A stretch of DNA of 63,210 bases, counting the filler, from Intoshia linei (lineage: Eukaryota > Animalia > Orthonectida): NCBI GenBank assembly GCA_001642005.1. It is 6 parts of 6 records of this genome, joined end to end, with 100 filler letters (N's around TTAATTAATTAA, not from the genome) between each part and the next. Parts side by side here need not be neighbours in the genome. Positions count along the whole stretch, not along the records: positions 1 to 16,107 come from LWCA01000881.1; 5 more parts are not named here. The stretch is one strand, 5' to 3'. Both the position numbers and the translations under genes were made by a program. Position 1 is the stretch's first letter; the number at the start of each line of letters is the position of its first letter. The notes under the pieces are model-generated. The model saw nothing but the letters and a program-made list of their open reading frames with translations, was not told the origin of the DNA and did no database searches. This document shows positions 1 through 13,803 of this stretch, piece by piece.

Positions 1-445
1 ATAATTTCACAGCTTTTAATTCAGGTTTAAGCAGCAAATGTTCATGATTATCAAGAATTTTCACAACTCTTTTCTCAAAATGTTTGTTCAAAACAATTTT
101 CGAATCTTCATTAAGGTATCTGCTCATAGATGAATATTGTATGACTAGTTCTTTAAAGATATTTCGTACATCAATCATATCTGTTGATGTTTGTTGTAAA
201 GCTAATGTTACGGAGTTAATTTTTTTATGTGCGTTTGAATTCCTAATAAAGTATTAATTTCATTTTCATTCAATGTAAATTCATGTATTTGGGGCAAAAA
301 TTCCAAATAAGGTCTAAGCATAAAGTATCTAAATAAATAAATATTAATAATAGTAAGTAATTTTAAAGATTAGTTTACCTATTGATCATTTCAGCTGTGC
401 TACACCATCTTGTTACGTTCATTTGGACAGGTTTAAGTTGAGTAC
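1..445 (-). mobile_element. hAT-superfamily transposase remnant (stops/frameshifts; runs off window start)
   Basis: The minus strand reads QLKPVQMNVTRWCSTAEMINR* (hAT TRWxS motif, about 378-440). It also reads INSVTLALQQTSTDMIDVRNIFKELVIQYSSMSRYLNEDSKIVLNKHFEKRVVKILDN (about 40-220). Confidence 0.75.
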
Positions 446-1718
446 TATGATGCAAGGCAGCCGATCACTGGTCACATTTGAAAAGTCGTTTTTTGTAGAT
501 TCTCACCTTTATACAAAACAACATATGAATGTTAGTAGAAATAACATACAATGTGTACAATACTGTTATGTTAATGATTTTAAAACGCGTCCCAGAATTT
601 ATATATTATTTTAATTTTAGTGGTCATTTTATTTTTAAAAAAAGCAAATTGTGTTTTGGACCTGAAGGTATCAAGTGCGTGAAATAAAACTTAGATATAA
701 ACATCACTCGCGAAAAAGTGTATTAGAAAGTAGGTTTTTTATAGTTTACACCAGTTAATTTTTTTAATAGACGTTATCTTACACAGACATTAAATTTTAT
801 AAAGTAATTAAAAAATAAAATCATCTCAAACTGGTAATTGTGGCCAAACTGAATTTTTTCAAACATAATCACCATCAAAATTTTATTTTATTTGAATTTT
901 AATAAAAATTGTTCGTTATCGAATTTTTCCCGTTGTGTTGACACGATTAAAATAAGTTAATTAATAATATATGTCATTTTTAGATCAGTTGATTTAATAA
1001 ATAAACAGAAAATCAAAATAGCACTCATTTTTTTTGAGAAAATTACAACATACATTGTATATATTGACATGTTGAATAAAATAGCTAAAAAATTAATTGG
1101 ATATTGCTAAAATTTTTAATACTAAATTTTGAATGTAATAGTTTGATATAAATACAATTAATATACTATTTTACACTTAATTGAACCATCTGTCAACCAT
1201 TAAATAATATCAAACATAATGTTTTTGTGATAATTCATTGCACCATATCAAAGTTAATGGAATGACTAAACGGATTCAACAACATAAATAGAGTTATATT
1301 TGTGTACAAATTGTTATTTAAGAAATATATGATATGGGATAACAGAAATATTAAGTATAACTTACATAAAACAACTATAGACTATTATTGCATATATAAC
1401 ATTGTCTATTAATTCTTTGAGTTATTACAGTGTATGATTGCCTTACTTTATTAAACCCATTTCACTGTTATGTAGAGATCATTCTAATTAAAATTTTACA
1501 CTGAGCTGTCGCGCTTTTTGTTAAGCATCCATTTACACTTAAATTGTAGACAAGAAGGGTTATACTAGTACTACATACTTATAAATTAATGATATTTTTC
1601 GGTCTACAAGTCATTTAATTTCATCAATCATCAATTAAGCCAAATTTTTACACTATTTATTGATATTTTTACGTCAATTGCAATATAAAGTGATAGTTAT
1701 TTTATCCAGTCTCTAACA

Positions 1719-3097
1719 ATGAATAAATGCAATCATTGTAAACTTTCAAATATAAATACTTTCTCAAAGCCAAAAGTATCTAATGGTCAAAATCCACATC
1801 CTTTCAGTGTTTATTTATCTTCAAATGATAAACAATTTCGACATTTCAAAATAAATTCTTTTAAAGAGAAAATGTCTAAAAAATTTCACACTTTATTCAG
1901 ATCATTTTCATTCTCTGGAAAAGAAAAACAATCGGACGTGAACATTTCAAGTCGATCTGTTCATTCACCATTAAGACCAAATAATAAATATAAAGAAAAA
2001 TGCCATCCATCCTCATCTTCCGGATATCAATCTCATGAAAATTATGACTTTTATGATACACCAAAACTTGTATATACATCCTTAGAACGTCCTACGTGTA
2101 CATCAATTATTTGTAAATGTTCTGAAAAAAATAAAACAAATTTCACGCAAGAAGAAAATTCATTTACCGATACCAGTATACAATTATCACATTCTCGAAA
2201 TTGTTTTAATTCTACCTATGCAAATACAATTAATAAAAAAGTATTAGATATTCCAAAATCAGATTTGGTTATAAAAAACAATTTAATTTTGAAAAAAAAA
2301 GAAAAATCTACATCCAAAAAATTTGATGAAAAATTTTTAGAATATGCAACTGTTAAGAAACATAAAGAAATGTTTGCACTTACAGATATATTCAATCATT
2401 TTTATATAATATTTTCTGTACATTTAACAATACATATAATTATATTTTATAAATTTTCAGAATATGCAATATATCATAAATTAATTATTATTCATTTAGA
2501 GCAGATGTATCGGTTATTTTCAATGATTTACTCAGAGAGATGATAAAAATACAAGAAAAGATTCATTTACTACAAAATGTCATTAAAAAGGTAATTATAC
2601 AATATGGTAATAATTGTATATGCCAATAATTACAATCGATTTATAATTTATTATACTAATCTAATTTAAATTATGCTTATTTAGAATGAACGTGAAATGA
2701 CAACTATGAAAAAAAATTTAGAAATTACTAAAAACGTAATATTAATTGTTCATACCTTAAATCAGGGGTAGACAACTTTATGATGATCACATATCGGACA
2801 TATTAAAAATTTACTACCAACTGTTAGTATTTGGTAAATTAACAGTGGATTAAAAAATAAAAATATAAAATTTATAAATATAAAAAAAATTTAAAAATAT
2901 GAACTAGATGAAATCAGTTTGCTGGTCGTAGGTTTACCATCCTTGCATTACAAGATATGATAATTTTTATCGTAGAATGTAGATATTTATGTTTTTATTT
3001 TTAGGATAAAAAAAAAATGGACCAAGAGAATGCATGTTTACAAAAGTATATTTATGTTCTTTTAGATATGCAGTATTGTAAAAATTGTCAAAAATGA
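1719..3097 (+). CDS. Hypothetical protein: Ser/Lys-rich N-terminus, C-terminal coiled coil (4 exons: 1719-2371, 2500-2590, 2685-2735, 3005-3097)
   Basis: Phase-consistent GT-AG introns give ...KHKEI|ADVSVIFNDLLREMIKIQEKIHLLQNVIKK|NEREMTTMKKNLEITKN|DKKKMDQENACLQKYIYVLLDMQYCKNCQK*. The ENxxLxxYIxxLL ending weakly recalls SCOC/Rab11-FIP coiled coils. Confidence 0.6.
2763..2945. mobile_element. Degenerate hAT-type MITE in intron 3 of the coiled-coil gene
   Basis: It starts CAGGGGTAGACAACTTT and ends GGTCGTAGGTTTACCATCCTTG. The TIR is imperfect and no clean TSD is visible. Confidence 0.4.
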
Positions 3098-3166
3098 TAA
3101 AATTTGTATTTAATATTATAAATTTATTTGTATAAATACAATATTAAAATTTATTTAATATTGATT

Positions 3167-6100
3167 TTATGTATCTTTTTTTTTGGTTTTTCTAGTGTTG
3201 ATTTTAAATTTACAATTTCTAAAATAATATAAATTATTATTAAATTCTATAATATTTTTACCTTTTTTTTTATCTTCATCAAAGTAATGTGGGTCTGTTT
3301 TCTTGACAAATGACATTATTTTGTTTATCGCATCACTGTCTAGTACATCGTAGCAGGTGGTATATACACTATTATCCATTATACATAATTTTTGGTATTT
3401 AGTCGTTTTATTTTCTTCATTTTTACTATGTAAGAGATATTTAATTAAATTCCACTTGTAATTTCTCCATTCATTTTCTTGAATAAATGTTCTATAATTT
3501 TTATAGTATAATTATTCATTGTAAATAGGGATTCTTAAATTATACAATTTAACCAGCCCATTGAAAGGCCCATAATCGACAAATACACCGAAGGGTTCAT
3601 AATTAAAGGCGGAAAATTATATAAACGTACTTTTAAATTTAATTTTATTTCATTCCATATGCTCTTTTCTAACTAATTTAATATGATAAAATTTTGTGTC
3701 TTCTTTTAAGTTTATATTTAATTTTATAATATGCTGATATTATTTTCTATAATAATCTGCTTTCGAATGTTAGTTAGATAAGTTAATAACACTGAATGCA
3801 CCATTCAGGACGGAAGCTACCCGGCTCTAGGTTACCCAAAAATAAAAAATAGAACCCTAAAAAAATGACATTTCACAAACTATGCATAATTTCATACAAT
3901 ACAATAATCATAATATAACAATAACATAATTGTATAGCCTCTACCGACCTGTCTAAGGCTCTTGATTTTATATTTTAAACTTAACACACAAAATTGTTAT
4001 GATACTTAAGAATATAATTTTTTATTACTCACTTTGGAAAAATGAGGCCCATTATACAAAAATTTTCGTCGAGCCTCAAAGAGGGGGTCTAGAGTACAGT
4101 AGGTTCGGCATTGCCATAAATCATTAAAAAATGTCTCTTGGTCTCCACAAAAAAAATCAATCTTCACTTATTAGTGTTTATCAGTCGACACGTTATAATT
4201 ATTATTCTATTAGTTTTTCTTCTTCATTTTTCGACACGGTCAAGTCGAGAGTTTAAAAAATCTTAAAACAATCTGATTTCTCTATAATGAATTTATAACA
4301 GAATCCTAAATGTGAACATTGTTAGAACCACATTTGTTATGATCTTTATGTTACGGGACATGGCATAAGGAAAGATTTATTTATCTTTCTATGTTAATTA
4401 TGTTTCTTTCCAATTTTTTGACATAAATTTTTTATAAAAAGCTCTTCTTTCCAAAAATAAATATCATCTATCATTTTAATAATTATACCGTGATCAGTAA
4501 TCACTGATCACCAACAATTGTAGAATCAAGGTTTCAAATAATAATAATAATTATAATTATAAAAATATTAATACCTCAACATTTGTGCAGGGGTGGAGAA
4601 ATATTGTGCATAGTTTTTACATTTTTCAAGTACATTAATTGAACACATTTCATAAAATGTTCTGCGAACAATTAAAATAACTTCGCATCCGCGACTCACG
4701 AGTGAAACGTTAAATTTTGAATTACGGCCGTTTTGCATATTTTCTAGTCCCTAAATGTATAATAAAATAGTATATAATGCATTATTACAAAACATTCTCC
4801 GTCACGGAGAGTTTTTATTTTTACAAATAATGTACAAGCCCTATGAATAAAAATTTTAATATTATCATTTTTTTAACAAAAAAATTTGTAAATTACTTTC
4901 TATCTTCTTTTTGATTTTTATTTTTAATTTTACCCATTAAATCTGTTCGAATCGGTTTGACATCTAATAAATATTATTAACTATTTTTTAATATTCTCCA
5001 CTAGAGGTTATGCATTATTATTCATATAACAATTGGGAAAATTGTAATTATCAATCTTTTCTCATGGCTTTAACTCAATTTGATATTTTGGATTAAGTCA
5101 ATTTCTTAATGTGAGATTATATTTATATTTAGATTATTTAGTATTAACTCCTTTATTAGTATCAGTATTACTATTATTATTACAAGCTAATTCCTATTTA
5201 ACGGAATTCCTCGTTACGGAAAAAATTGAAAGAACGGTGAATTTTGGAGTACAAAAATTGTGTTTAAATTAAAATTACAGAATATAGAATACAATGTATA
5301 ATATGTGTCTTGTATAAAGTATAACATGATAAAACAGTCCTAGAATTTTAAATAATATAAATAATGGGACGCGTTTTAATGTCATCACTATTGTCGTAAA
5401 TGTCAACTTCAGACACTTGCATCATCATGGACAACCCCAAATTACCGTTTTTTGAAAAATGGAAAAAAGTACAGCACTTTATAAAATATAAATTCTGAAT
5501 ATATTTTTAAATCATGATCATTATCATAAATCAAAACCTCAAAAACTTAGAATCAATAAAAAAGCGACCCACGTCAGACATATCTGCTGTTTGTACGAAA
5601 TTAACATTTCATCAATCTAAAGTTTTTATAATTCCAATAAATTAATAAAATTTTCCTGGCCTACCAAAAATTTCGTCAGGCCGCACGGTTAGGAAACACT
5701 ATTATAAATAGAAAATTATTAATGTTTTTTTTATATTTGTTAATTTTATTAGATCATTTAGTAATTGATGTTTAATTAAATAAAATGATGATTAAAAATT
5801 GACCTGCAACTATATGTTAAATAGAATAAATATTAATATGATATATTGTTTTAATGTACATTATTTATAAAAATTTCCGTTAATAATGAATTGCCTGTAG
5901 TAAGTATTAGTAAGTAAATATTGCCTATTGGTAGTATTGCAAATCACTGGTCGGTGTAATCTATAAACCAGAATGGTGAGTCAAATTTAAATATATTCAC
6001 AAATGTATTAATAAATGGCTAAAAATTGAAAATTTTATGACAAAAAAAAAAAAAATCTTCATCTAAATTTTTTATTGTCATTTTCATTAATCACAAGAAA

Positions 6101-9100
6101 CAACTACATCAGATCACACTACTATTCTAAAGAAATAAATGGTAATGTTGACTAGTCTAACGATATGATATTTATAAATGATTTACAAAATTATTAAATA
6201 GAAATTATATGATAATTTTGATCCCGAAAATACATATATAATGTAAAATGCATAAACAATTTCATCAATAAATTACTACACTCATGTTTATCTTTTTTAT
6301 TGTCTTTTAGAATTTTTTTTTGGTAAACCATAATACTATTTTCATAGGAGGGGTTCATAGGCTGAGCATCGTTTTCACATATATCTAGTGTTGTTAAAAC
6401 ATCACAACTACCCTAAATACTGTATTATTATGGTAAATTTACATTAGTATACATATTATATATATTGTATTATTAATAATATAACTTTGTTGATATATAA
6501 ATCACCAATATATCAACTTTTTAAATACGTTTATGATACCAAAATAATTATACATGTAAATTAAAAAATATTTTAGTATCCCATTTTAAAACCCTAAAAA
6601 GGATTCTAGCGAAAAAACATATTATGAAATTATTTGGAGGACATATTTGGCGGATATGAGCGGGTCGTGTTATAAATTTAATATTTAAAATTTATATATT
6701 GTACCTTTACAACAAACCAAATCCATTCATTATCTTTGTTATTTTCTACAATCGCTTGATTATATTGATATTCTTGTATTCGACTAACATATGTTAAACT
6801 TCTAATTTTATTTTCACTCCATTCTTTTAAAGGTTCCCATTTTCTAAGATGAAATTAAATAAAAGATTCATTATAATAAAATTTAATTTAAATATAGTAT
6901 TTGTCGAAATTTCATTCTAAAACCTCGTTTATTTTTTGATTCCTTCAATTTCAATTTTAATCTACAGTAGAAGCAGTTTATAATAACATATATAGTGATC
7001 AACCGATTATAGTAACTAAAAGTGCTCTGTCCCAATGTGATCACTACCATCGGCTTCTAGTGAAAATATAGAACGAAGATAATTATCTTCGCATACCATT
7101 TATGGAAACTATGCCATACCAGCAACATTTCAAATATCATATATCATAAAAAATAGTTATACGTAATTTATACGTATAGAAAATTGTTAGATAGTTTTAC
7201 AATGTACAATTTTTCCATTTTCAACGACTTTTACCGTCAACCAAAAATGTTCACTATCTCAACTATTGAAAGTTTGTGTGGATTTACGATAACTTCACAA
7301 ACAATCAAATTCAACTTTATAAAACGATTGTTAATTACAATAGAGTTAAGTGAAATTGTTTTAATTTTGATTCGCCATTCTCACATTTCTCACAATTCTC
7401 ACGTTTTTAGAGAACCGTATTATTTATATTAAATTTTAAGAATTTGTTATGACAATTTTAATTTTCCATAATCTACAAGTATTAATATTATTTTCCAAAC
7501 ATAAATTTTCAATCCTTTAAGTACCAAATTCTTGAAAATCATTTTAAAAATATAAGTTTGTTATAATTAATTATAAATAATTGCCAGAATTTTTGTAATA
7601 ATTATAATATAATTATATTTTAAAATATTAGAATGAGAATAATATATTATTATTTATTAAATATATTACTTAAAAAAATTAAATCGAAAATCAAATTCTT
7701 CCTGCCATTTAATATCCAAATGATTTTCATGAAAATCTTCTTTATCTATAACAAATAATTCTGTATCATGCGAGCATATAACTGTAGCGGTTCTTCGTGT
7801 ATTTTCTATTAAAGCAATTTCCTATATTATAACATAATTAATAATTATATATATTGATGGTTCATAACAATATTTATTTAAAACTGAAAAGTATAAAGTA
7901 TATATGTAGATATATCAGGAACGAACAATCTACCTGAAAGTTAAATAAACCAAATAAATGTATTTCAAAATGTATATGACGTTGTTTATTATTTTCCATA
8001 TTATTGCTAATAATAATAAGTTGTAAATTTTAATTTATTAGAGAGAATGATTATATTATAATACACATATAATTATACAATTTATAATCTTAAAAATAAT
8101 ATACAAAGAAAAAAAGAAAATATCAGAAATTTATTTTTTCTGTAATTAAAGCTATTTATGAAAATGTTTAGGTTTGTACTGTTTTTACTTTATTTTTTAG
8201 ATTATACACTTATTCTATCTAATAAATTAAAAAATTGAATGTCAAAATTAATTTTAAAATTCTTAACGTAAATATTAACAAAATAAAATTATGTGGGAAT
8301 TAATTGACTTTAAATTAAAGGGTAATATGAAATTACGAGTCAAGGGTGAAGCAAGTTTGGGAGCTTCTTTTCTAAAGGATTGATAATAGTGAATAGTAGA
8401 ATTTTTAAGTAGGGTGTTATTATTAAATTTATTTTTTTGGTAAAATTAAAAAATTGCGCCTTCGGCAGATATATGTGCTGTTTGTAGTACAGTAATAGTA
8501 GTAGTTTGAAGTACATAACAATCAACTTTGTAAAATATCAAATTTATGTAGTATTTAAAAAACTTAATTGTTGTTAATAATATATTTTAAATTTACCCCA
8601 AAACAGGCTCCACGTTTTAAGGATACAACATTTTGTTTTACAAAAACAGAATCATTGTCCTTGTCCATTAAAACAGATACTATGCCGCTGTAAACGAAGT
8701 ATAAATTGTATCCTATGTGGCCTTTTCTTAATATAACTCTTCTTCGACCAATTCGTTCGTATCTCACGACCTATTATTATCTTTGTTAAATTATAAAAAT
8801 GAATTTAAACTTTACAAAACATTTTCTGCATATCTTTTTTGTATTTTCTATAACTTTGTAAATCTATTAATACACTGTGTATGGCAAATATATCTGATTC
8901 TGTTCTATCCGCAGGTTTTTTTAATAGGATATCAATTAATTTTTTACTGACATTCAACTATTAAAAAAATGTTATTATATTAGTATAACTTTGTATATAG
9001 CTAATAATATCAGTATATTCATGCATATCAGTGATCCACAGCCTTTTTATATAGCGAAAACCCCAATTACGATGTCAATAAAAACTTTTAAATAAATACA

Positions 9101-9770
9101 TATACAATTATTATCTTTTCAAAAAATTTTTTTTATGGAAACTCTGGTTAAGTGACACTGATGCATATAAAAATTTGTTACTTCCCTTGTCCTGGTATAG
9201 AGAATAACATTAAAATCTTGAGCTGATGTAGCAGCTATTTTGATCTCATCATTAATATTATCGTTTTCTATAGAAGGTCCTATGTTGCTTGATGCAAATG
9301 CATAACTTCGTAGTCTCATACAAATGGTAACAAGCAATTTTACCATTTTGGCCCCTTTCTTAAATCTATTCAAAGCAATTGAACATTCTTCTAATGTTAA
9401 GTTTCTTCGTGGTTGCACCAATAATTTGTTAATGCTTTTTTTATTCTAAAATAAATGTTATGAAAATACTTAAATTAAATTAGATAATTAAAATTATGTA
9501 AACCAAACGGGACCCATCTTCTACATTTTTTATAATTAGTTGCTTTAATTGAGCGGTAAATAATCTGGATTGAAAGTCCAAACCTTTTTCATATATACTT
9601 GTACACTCCAATGCGTTAATCGATTTTTTATATATTTGTGATTTATTTAATCTTTGCGTAAAAACATTATACCCCAATTTATTACAGATATTATCAAAAC
9701 TTAAAAGTCTCCTATCATTGAAATTATAAATTTCGAGGTTTGATTCAACTATTTTTTGCTTTATTTTCAT
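3167..9770 (-). CDS. CNBD2: Cyclic nucleotide-binding domain protein, CNBD2-like (two cNMP domains). Approximate exons: 9504-9770, 9182-9445, 8811-8957, 8597-8770, 7670-7821, 6705-6843, 6329-6412, 4897-4963, 4789-4840, 4575-4750, 3167-3491
   Basis: The spliced product contains VVRYERIGRRRVILRKGHIGYNLYFVYSGIVSV...LKRGACFG|EIALIENTRRTATVICSHDTELF (canonical FGE...R phosphate-binding cassette). A second degenerate domain follows: WIWFVVK|GSCDVL...TLRDGECF|GLE...VSLVSRGCEVILI. The C-terminus reads QMLR|TFIQENEWRNYKWNL. Intron phases agree. Confidence 0.8.
3940..4116. repeat. Dispersed repeat (about 180 bp); inverted copy at about 60183-60360
   Basis: ...AAAATTTTCGTCGAGCCTCAAAGAGGGGGTCTAGAGTACAGTAGGTTCGGCATTGCC matches the reverse complement of GCATTGCCGAACCTACCGTACCCTGAAACTCCTCTTTGGTGTCTTCGATGAAATTTT at 60182. 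Confidence 0.7.
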
Positions 9771-10644
9771 TCAAACAAATCAAAGTAAATGCTACAGGTT
9801 CAAATAATAATACATATTTAATTTTAATGTTCACAAATTATTTATTCTACTGGAATGAATTTATAAATATAATACTTCAATCCACAACAATATATTAACA
9901 TTATTTATTACTTAAATCCCATTATAAAATTATTTTTTAGTTAGTTAATTTTTTAGTTAATACAATGCAAAATGTTTTTTCAAACAGTGTAAAAACAATC
10001 AAACATAATACTACTATTATATTTGTCAAAATTTAAATAAAATATATGTCAAAATTGCATTGTTTATAAATTATTCTAATCACTAAATTTTGTGTTACAT
10101 TTACAATGTTGTACAATTGTACATGACAAACTCACCCGCTAAATATTCATTAATATGCACTTCACTTAAACACTTCAAATATAATAAAAATGTTTAAATA
10201 AGGATTTAACCTTTAAATCTAAAAAAAACGTCAAGAGTTCCTAAAACAAACTTTTTTTATAATTTTTGAGATAAAATTTTAACAGATTTATTAACGAATG
10301 AAGGTGCTCAATATAACAAAATTATATAAATTTTTGATGAGTAAATTTCATTTTATTTAAGTTTTATTAAATATTAACAAAAATATTTTTCTTCATATTT
10401 CATCCTCAATGAAGTCTTTTTTCTCAATTATACAAAAATTCTTGGATTTTAAACAATATTAATTCATTAATTATCTCATTAACCACTCCATTATTTTTTG
10501 TGTAATTATTAGATGTGGAGATATAACCTTAAATATTATAAAATATGGTATAATATAAAACTTTTTTGAATGTTGTGAAGTGTTATAGATATTTTTGTTT
10601 TTATGAATGTTAACTGTGAAAAAGGTGTTTTACGTATGTTTGTA

Positions 10645-11397
10645 CAGGCTAATTTCTTTATAACGGAATAAAAACCAAAATATTTTCATTTTTTCATTGT
10701 TTTAATGCAGTGGTTCCGGTTTAAATAGTGTACGGACCCAATTTCAAAATATTTATTATTTTGGAAAAAATTAAAGGTTTTTTCCATAAGATTTAGTAAA
10801 ATTGTGTTTTTCAAACAAATATTGGAAAAAGAGGATTTTTTTATTGTGGGTTGGTAAAATTTAATTTTTTATTGTTGGAGTTTGGATTAGAAAGTCGTTG
10901 CTCATACGATTTAGTAAAATCGGATTTTTTATTTTGTGGTTTGATTAAGTGGATTTTTTCATAAGGATTTGTAAAATCTGATTTTTATAAAAAAAATCTA
11001 TATAAGTAAATTTTTCCTTAAGGGCTTCAACTGGTATTTTTGATTAAATTTTATTAATGGTGGGATAAAAATGAGATTTTTTAAATAATAATGTAGCGGT
11101 CATCTAGGCTTTGGAATAATCAACACCTACAAACTCTGCAGAGTTTGTAACTGTAATAAATATATTAAAAATGTTCTTATAAACATACACAAAATTTGAT
11201 AACAATTTTTCTTTATTCTATTTAAATCGCACGGATTCCCAGGCATATAATTTTGGACCCTTATCGGGAACCATTGTTTTAATGTATAAATTTTTAAATA
11301 AAAATCCTGTGACGAGAATGACTTTCCAAAAAAAATCCTCGTTAACGTATGTAGATTTTTTTCTGACCAATTATGCCGTTAACGAGGAATTAGGCTG
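10645..11397. mobile_element. pogo/Tigger-type non-autonomous element (TA TSD), interrupted by a hAT MITE
   Basis: TA|CAGGCTAATTTCTTTATAACGG ... CCGTTAACGAGGAATTAGGCTG|TA forms an imperfect TIR. A related end sits at about 5182-5220. Confidence 0.65.
10708..11276. mobile_element. hAT (Charlie-like) MITE with perfect 8-bp TSD
   Basis: TTTTAATG|CAGTGGTTCC...GGGAACCATTG|TTTTAATG, with internal GATTTAGTAAAAT(T/C)GGATTTTT-like sub-repeats. Family members occur at about 15508-15720 and 57640-57880. Confidence 0.85.
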
Positions 11398-11598
11398 TAG
11401 TTGCAAACGGTAACAGAGATGATGTAGCTAAACTTTATAATATCGGAAATTCACATTTAATATTAAACAAAAAATTTAATAAACTTTGAATATAAAAATA
11501 TTTATTTACTTTACATATAATTTCAGTGTTTTAAATCCGTTCCATCAAAATAAATGGATTTTAAACCCAATTCACTTATTTCATTGTTAAGTATAAAA

Positions 11599-12094
11599 CA
11601 GTGGCGACTCTGGCTAATCGAGATCACTCGGGCTAAAATTTCTATGACAACCACAATTTTTTTTGAATATTACATTTGAAAATAATAAATATCAAAAAAA
11701 AATTTCCTAAACCCCCCCCCTTATAATTTGGTTAACAAAAATTTATATAAAAACCCCCCTTAAAGTTTGGTTAAAAAAAAATTTCAAAAATGTATCAAGA
11801 GTATTAAAATAAAATTCTTAGTATTGCACATATCTATTTATAACAATATTTAAAATTGACATAATTAAGATATAAATAATTTTTCATAAAATTTTAGATG
11901 TATCCGCTATATAAATTTAATCTATAGATTTATTAGTAATAAATTATTATTAAACAAATGAAAATGTGCCCGAGTTATGTATATTTAAATTTATTTAAAC
12001 ATTTATGCAAATATTTTATTTTTTTTTAATATTTTTCTAAATTTTTCAAAAAATATAAACTCGGGATTTGCCCGAGTAGGAGAGTCCGCCACTG
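11599..12094. mobile_element. hAT-type MITE
   Basis: GTATAAAA|CAGTGGCGACTCT...AGAGTCCGCCACTG|GTAGAAAA (TIR plus 7/8 TSD), with CTCGGG/CCCGAG subterminal motifs. Confidence 0.8.
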
Positions 12095-13716
12095 GTAGAA
12101 AATAATTGAAAAAAATATATTCGAAACATTAACTGGGTAAAAATAATGTTTTGTATATCATCGTTATAAGTTATAACAATCATTTTAAATCATAAATCTA
12201 TTAAGATGTATTAACTAGGTAAAAGAACTGACTTAGACTACTACTATTTTGCATATTATCATTGACATACAATATTTTCATATTGGAAATAGATTTTAAT
12301 ATAAAATTGTAATGGTCATATATGCTAACTATTTTTAAAATGAAATGTTAACATATAGAAAAATAAAATATTATAATAATTTAAATGGTTGAAATCCCTT
12401 ATTTTGCTTGGATTTAAAAATATGAATGACATACATAACAAAATAATGTCATTTTGTTATAAATCCTTTTTATGCAAAACAATTGAAAAAGTTATGACAC
12501 TCATCAAAATTAACATATACATTTTTAATTAATAAACCTACATCTTTCATTAAATTAAATCGGTAAAATATGTATAAATTATAACATTAAATGAAAACAT
12601 GTCATAAAGGTTCTGAAAGACTATATTATTTTTATTACACAATATTAATTGTAAAAAATTTAAATTATGTCATAATCGCCATTAATAATAATAAATGTGT
12701 AAATAATGTCCCAAATTTATATAGAATGATTGGAACTGCTTAAGTGAAAAATTAACAATAAGTATGCAGTTAATAGTAAAATTAGATATTTAATTGACAG
12801 TAGTTTTTCAACCAGATAAGAACATACATTTTTGGTACATTTCTTGATATATTTCCATGTTTTTTCTCTTGACCCGGTAGACGAATTAAATAATGCCAAA
12901 TTGTATCCATTTATAATCATGTTAAATGATATACTTCATGTATCAATTACAAAATATATAAAAACTGAAATAATAAAATTAGATTTAATGTCAATTTTCT
13001 ATTGTATAAATAAGGTCATTAATTTTATAATTAATCACATATAAACTTACATTTCCACAGATAGTTTTATGAATCATAAAAAAGGTTCTCGTTTTCATTA
13101 CAATAAATAATAAATTAAATGTCTATAAATCAATACACATACTTTGATACAATACGTATGACAAAATAATTCATAAATAGATTTTATTGATTTAAAAATT
13201 TTTATCGACTAATTCAGTACAATTTTAAGTATTAACCATTTGAAATAAAAACGTAAAATACATTTAGCGTCCAAATGCATGCATATTTAATTAGGACATA
13301 ATCCTATTTTAGCTAATCCGCTATAGTAATCGATGAAATATATCAACATTTTTTATATAAACTTAAATCTCAAAGGTTTGGTTGCCACAAATAGAGAAAT
13401 ATTTGCTGTCGCATATGATTAAACTTAGATTATAAATAAAACATTAGTTGTATGAATATCGAAACAAGTCTACACCTTACCTAGAAAAAATTTATTATTG
13501 TATACTACATTTTCGTTTAAAATTTTGTTGTTTAGTTTTATATTAATACCCATAACAATATTTTCTTTTACAGTCTGATACTGTACAACAAGCATCACTA
13601 ACGTTGTGCCCACGAAATTTTTTTCAGAATAATTTCAATTAACCATTAAGAGACAATTTCATGTATGTCACATGAATAATAATTATAATTTTTATAATGT
13701 TTATATAAAATGTATA

Positions 13717-13803
13717 CAGGGGTGTCAAACTCAATTTGCTTGGCGGGCCAAATGTGAAAAAAAATTATTACACGGGCCGCACATTCTATAATTGACACCC
13801 CTG
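13717..13803. mobile_element. Minimal (87 bp) hAT MITE
   Basis: CAGGGGTGTCAA...TTGACACCCCTG is a perfect 12-bp TIR, with CGGGCC subterminal motifs. Confidence 0.8.

Noticed and set aside
3510-3620. Minus-strand peptide EPFGVFVDYGPFNGLVKL resembling an S1 RNA-binding domain
   Set aside because: It is short, bounded by stops and lies in a CNBD2 intron that splices cleanly without it; probably chance.
10760-11000. Recurrent 30-40 bp GATTTAGTAAAAT-type units that might suggest a CRISPR-like array
   Set aside because: The units are degenerate, have no unique spacers, lie inside a TIR/TSD-bounded MITE and have no cas genes nearby; the context is eukaryotic.
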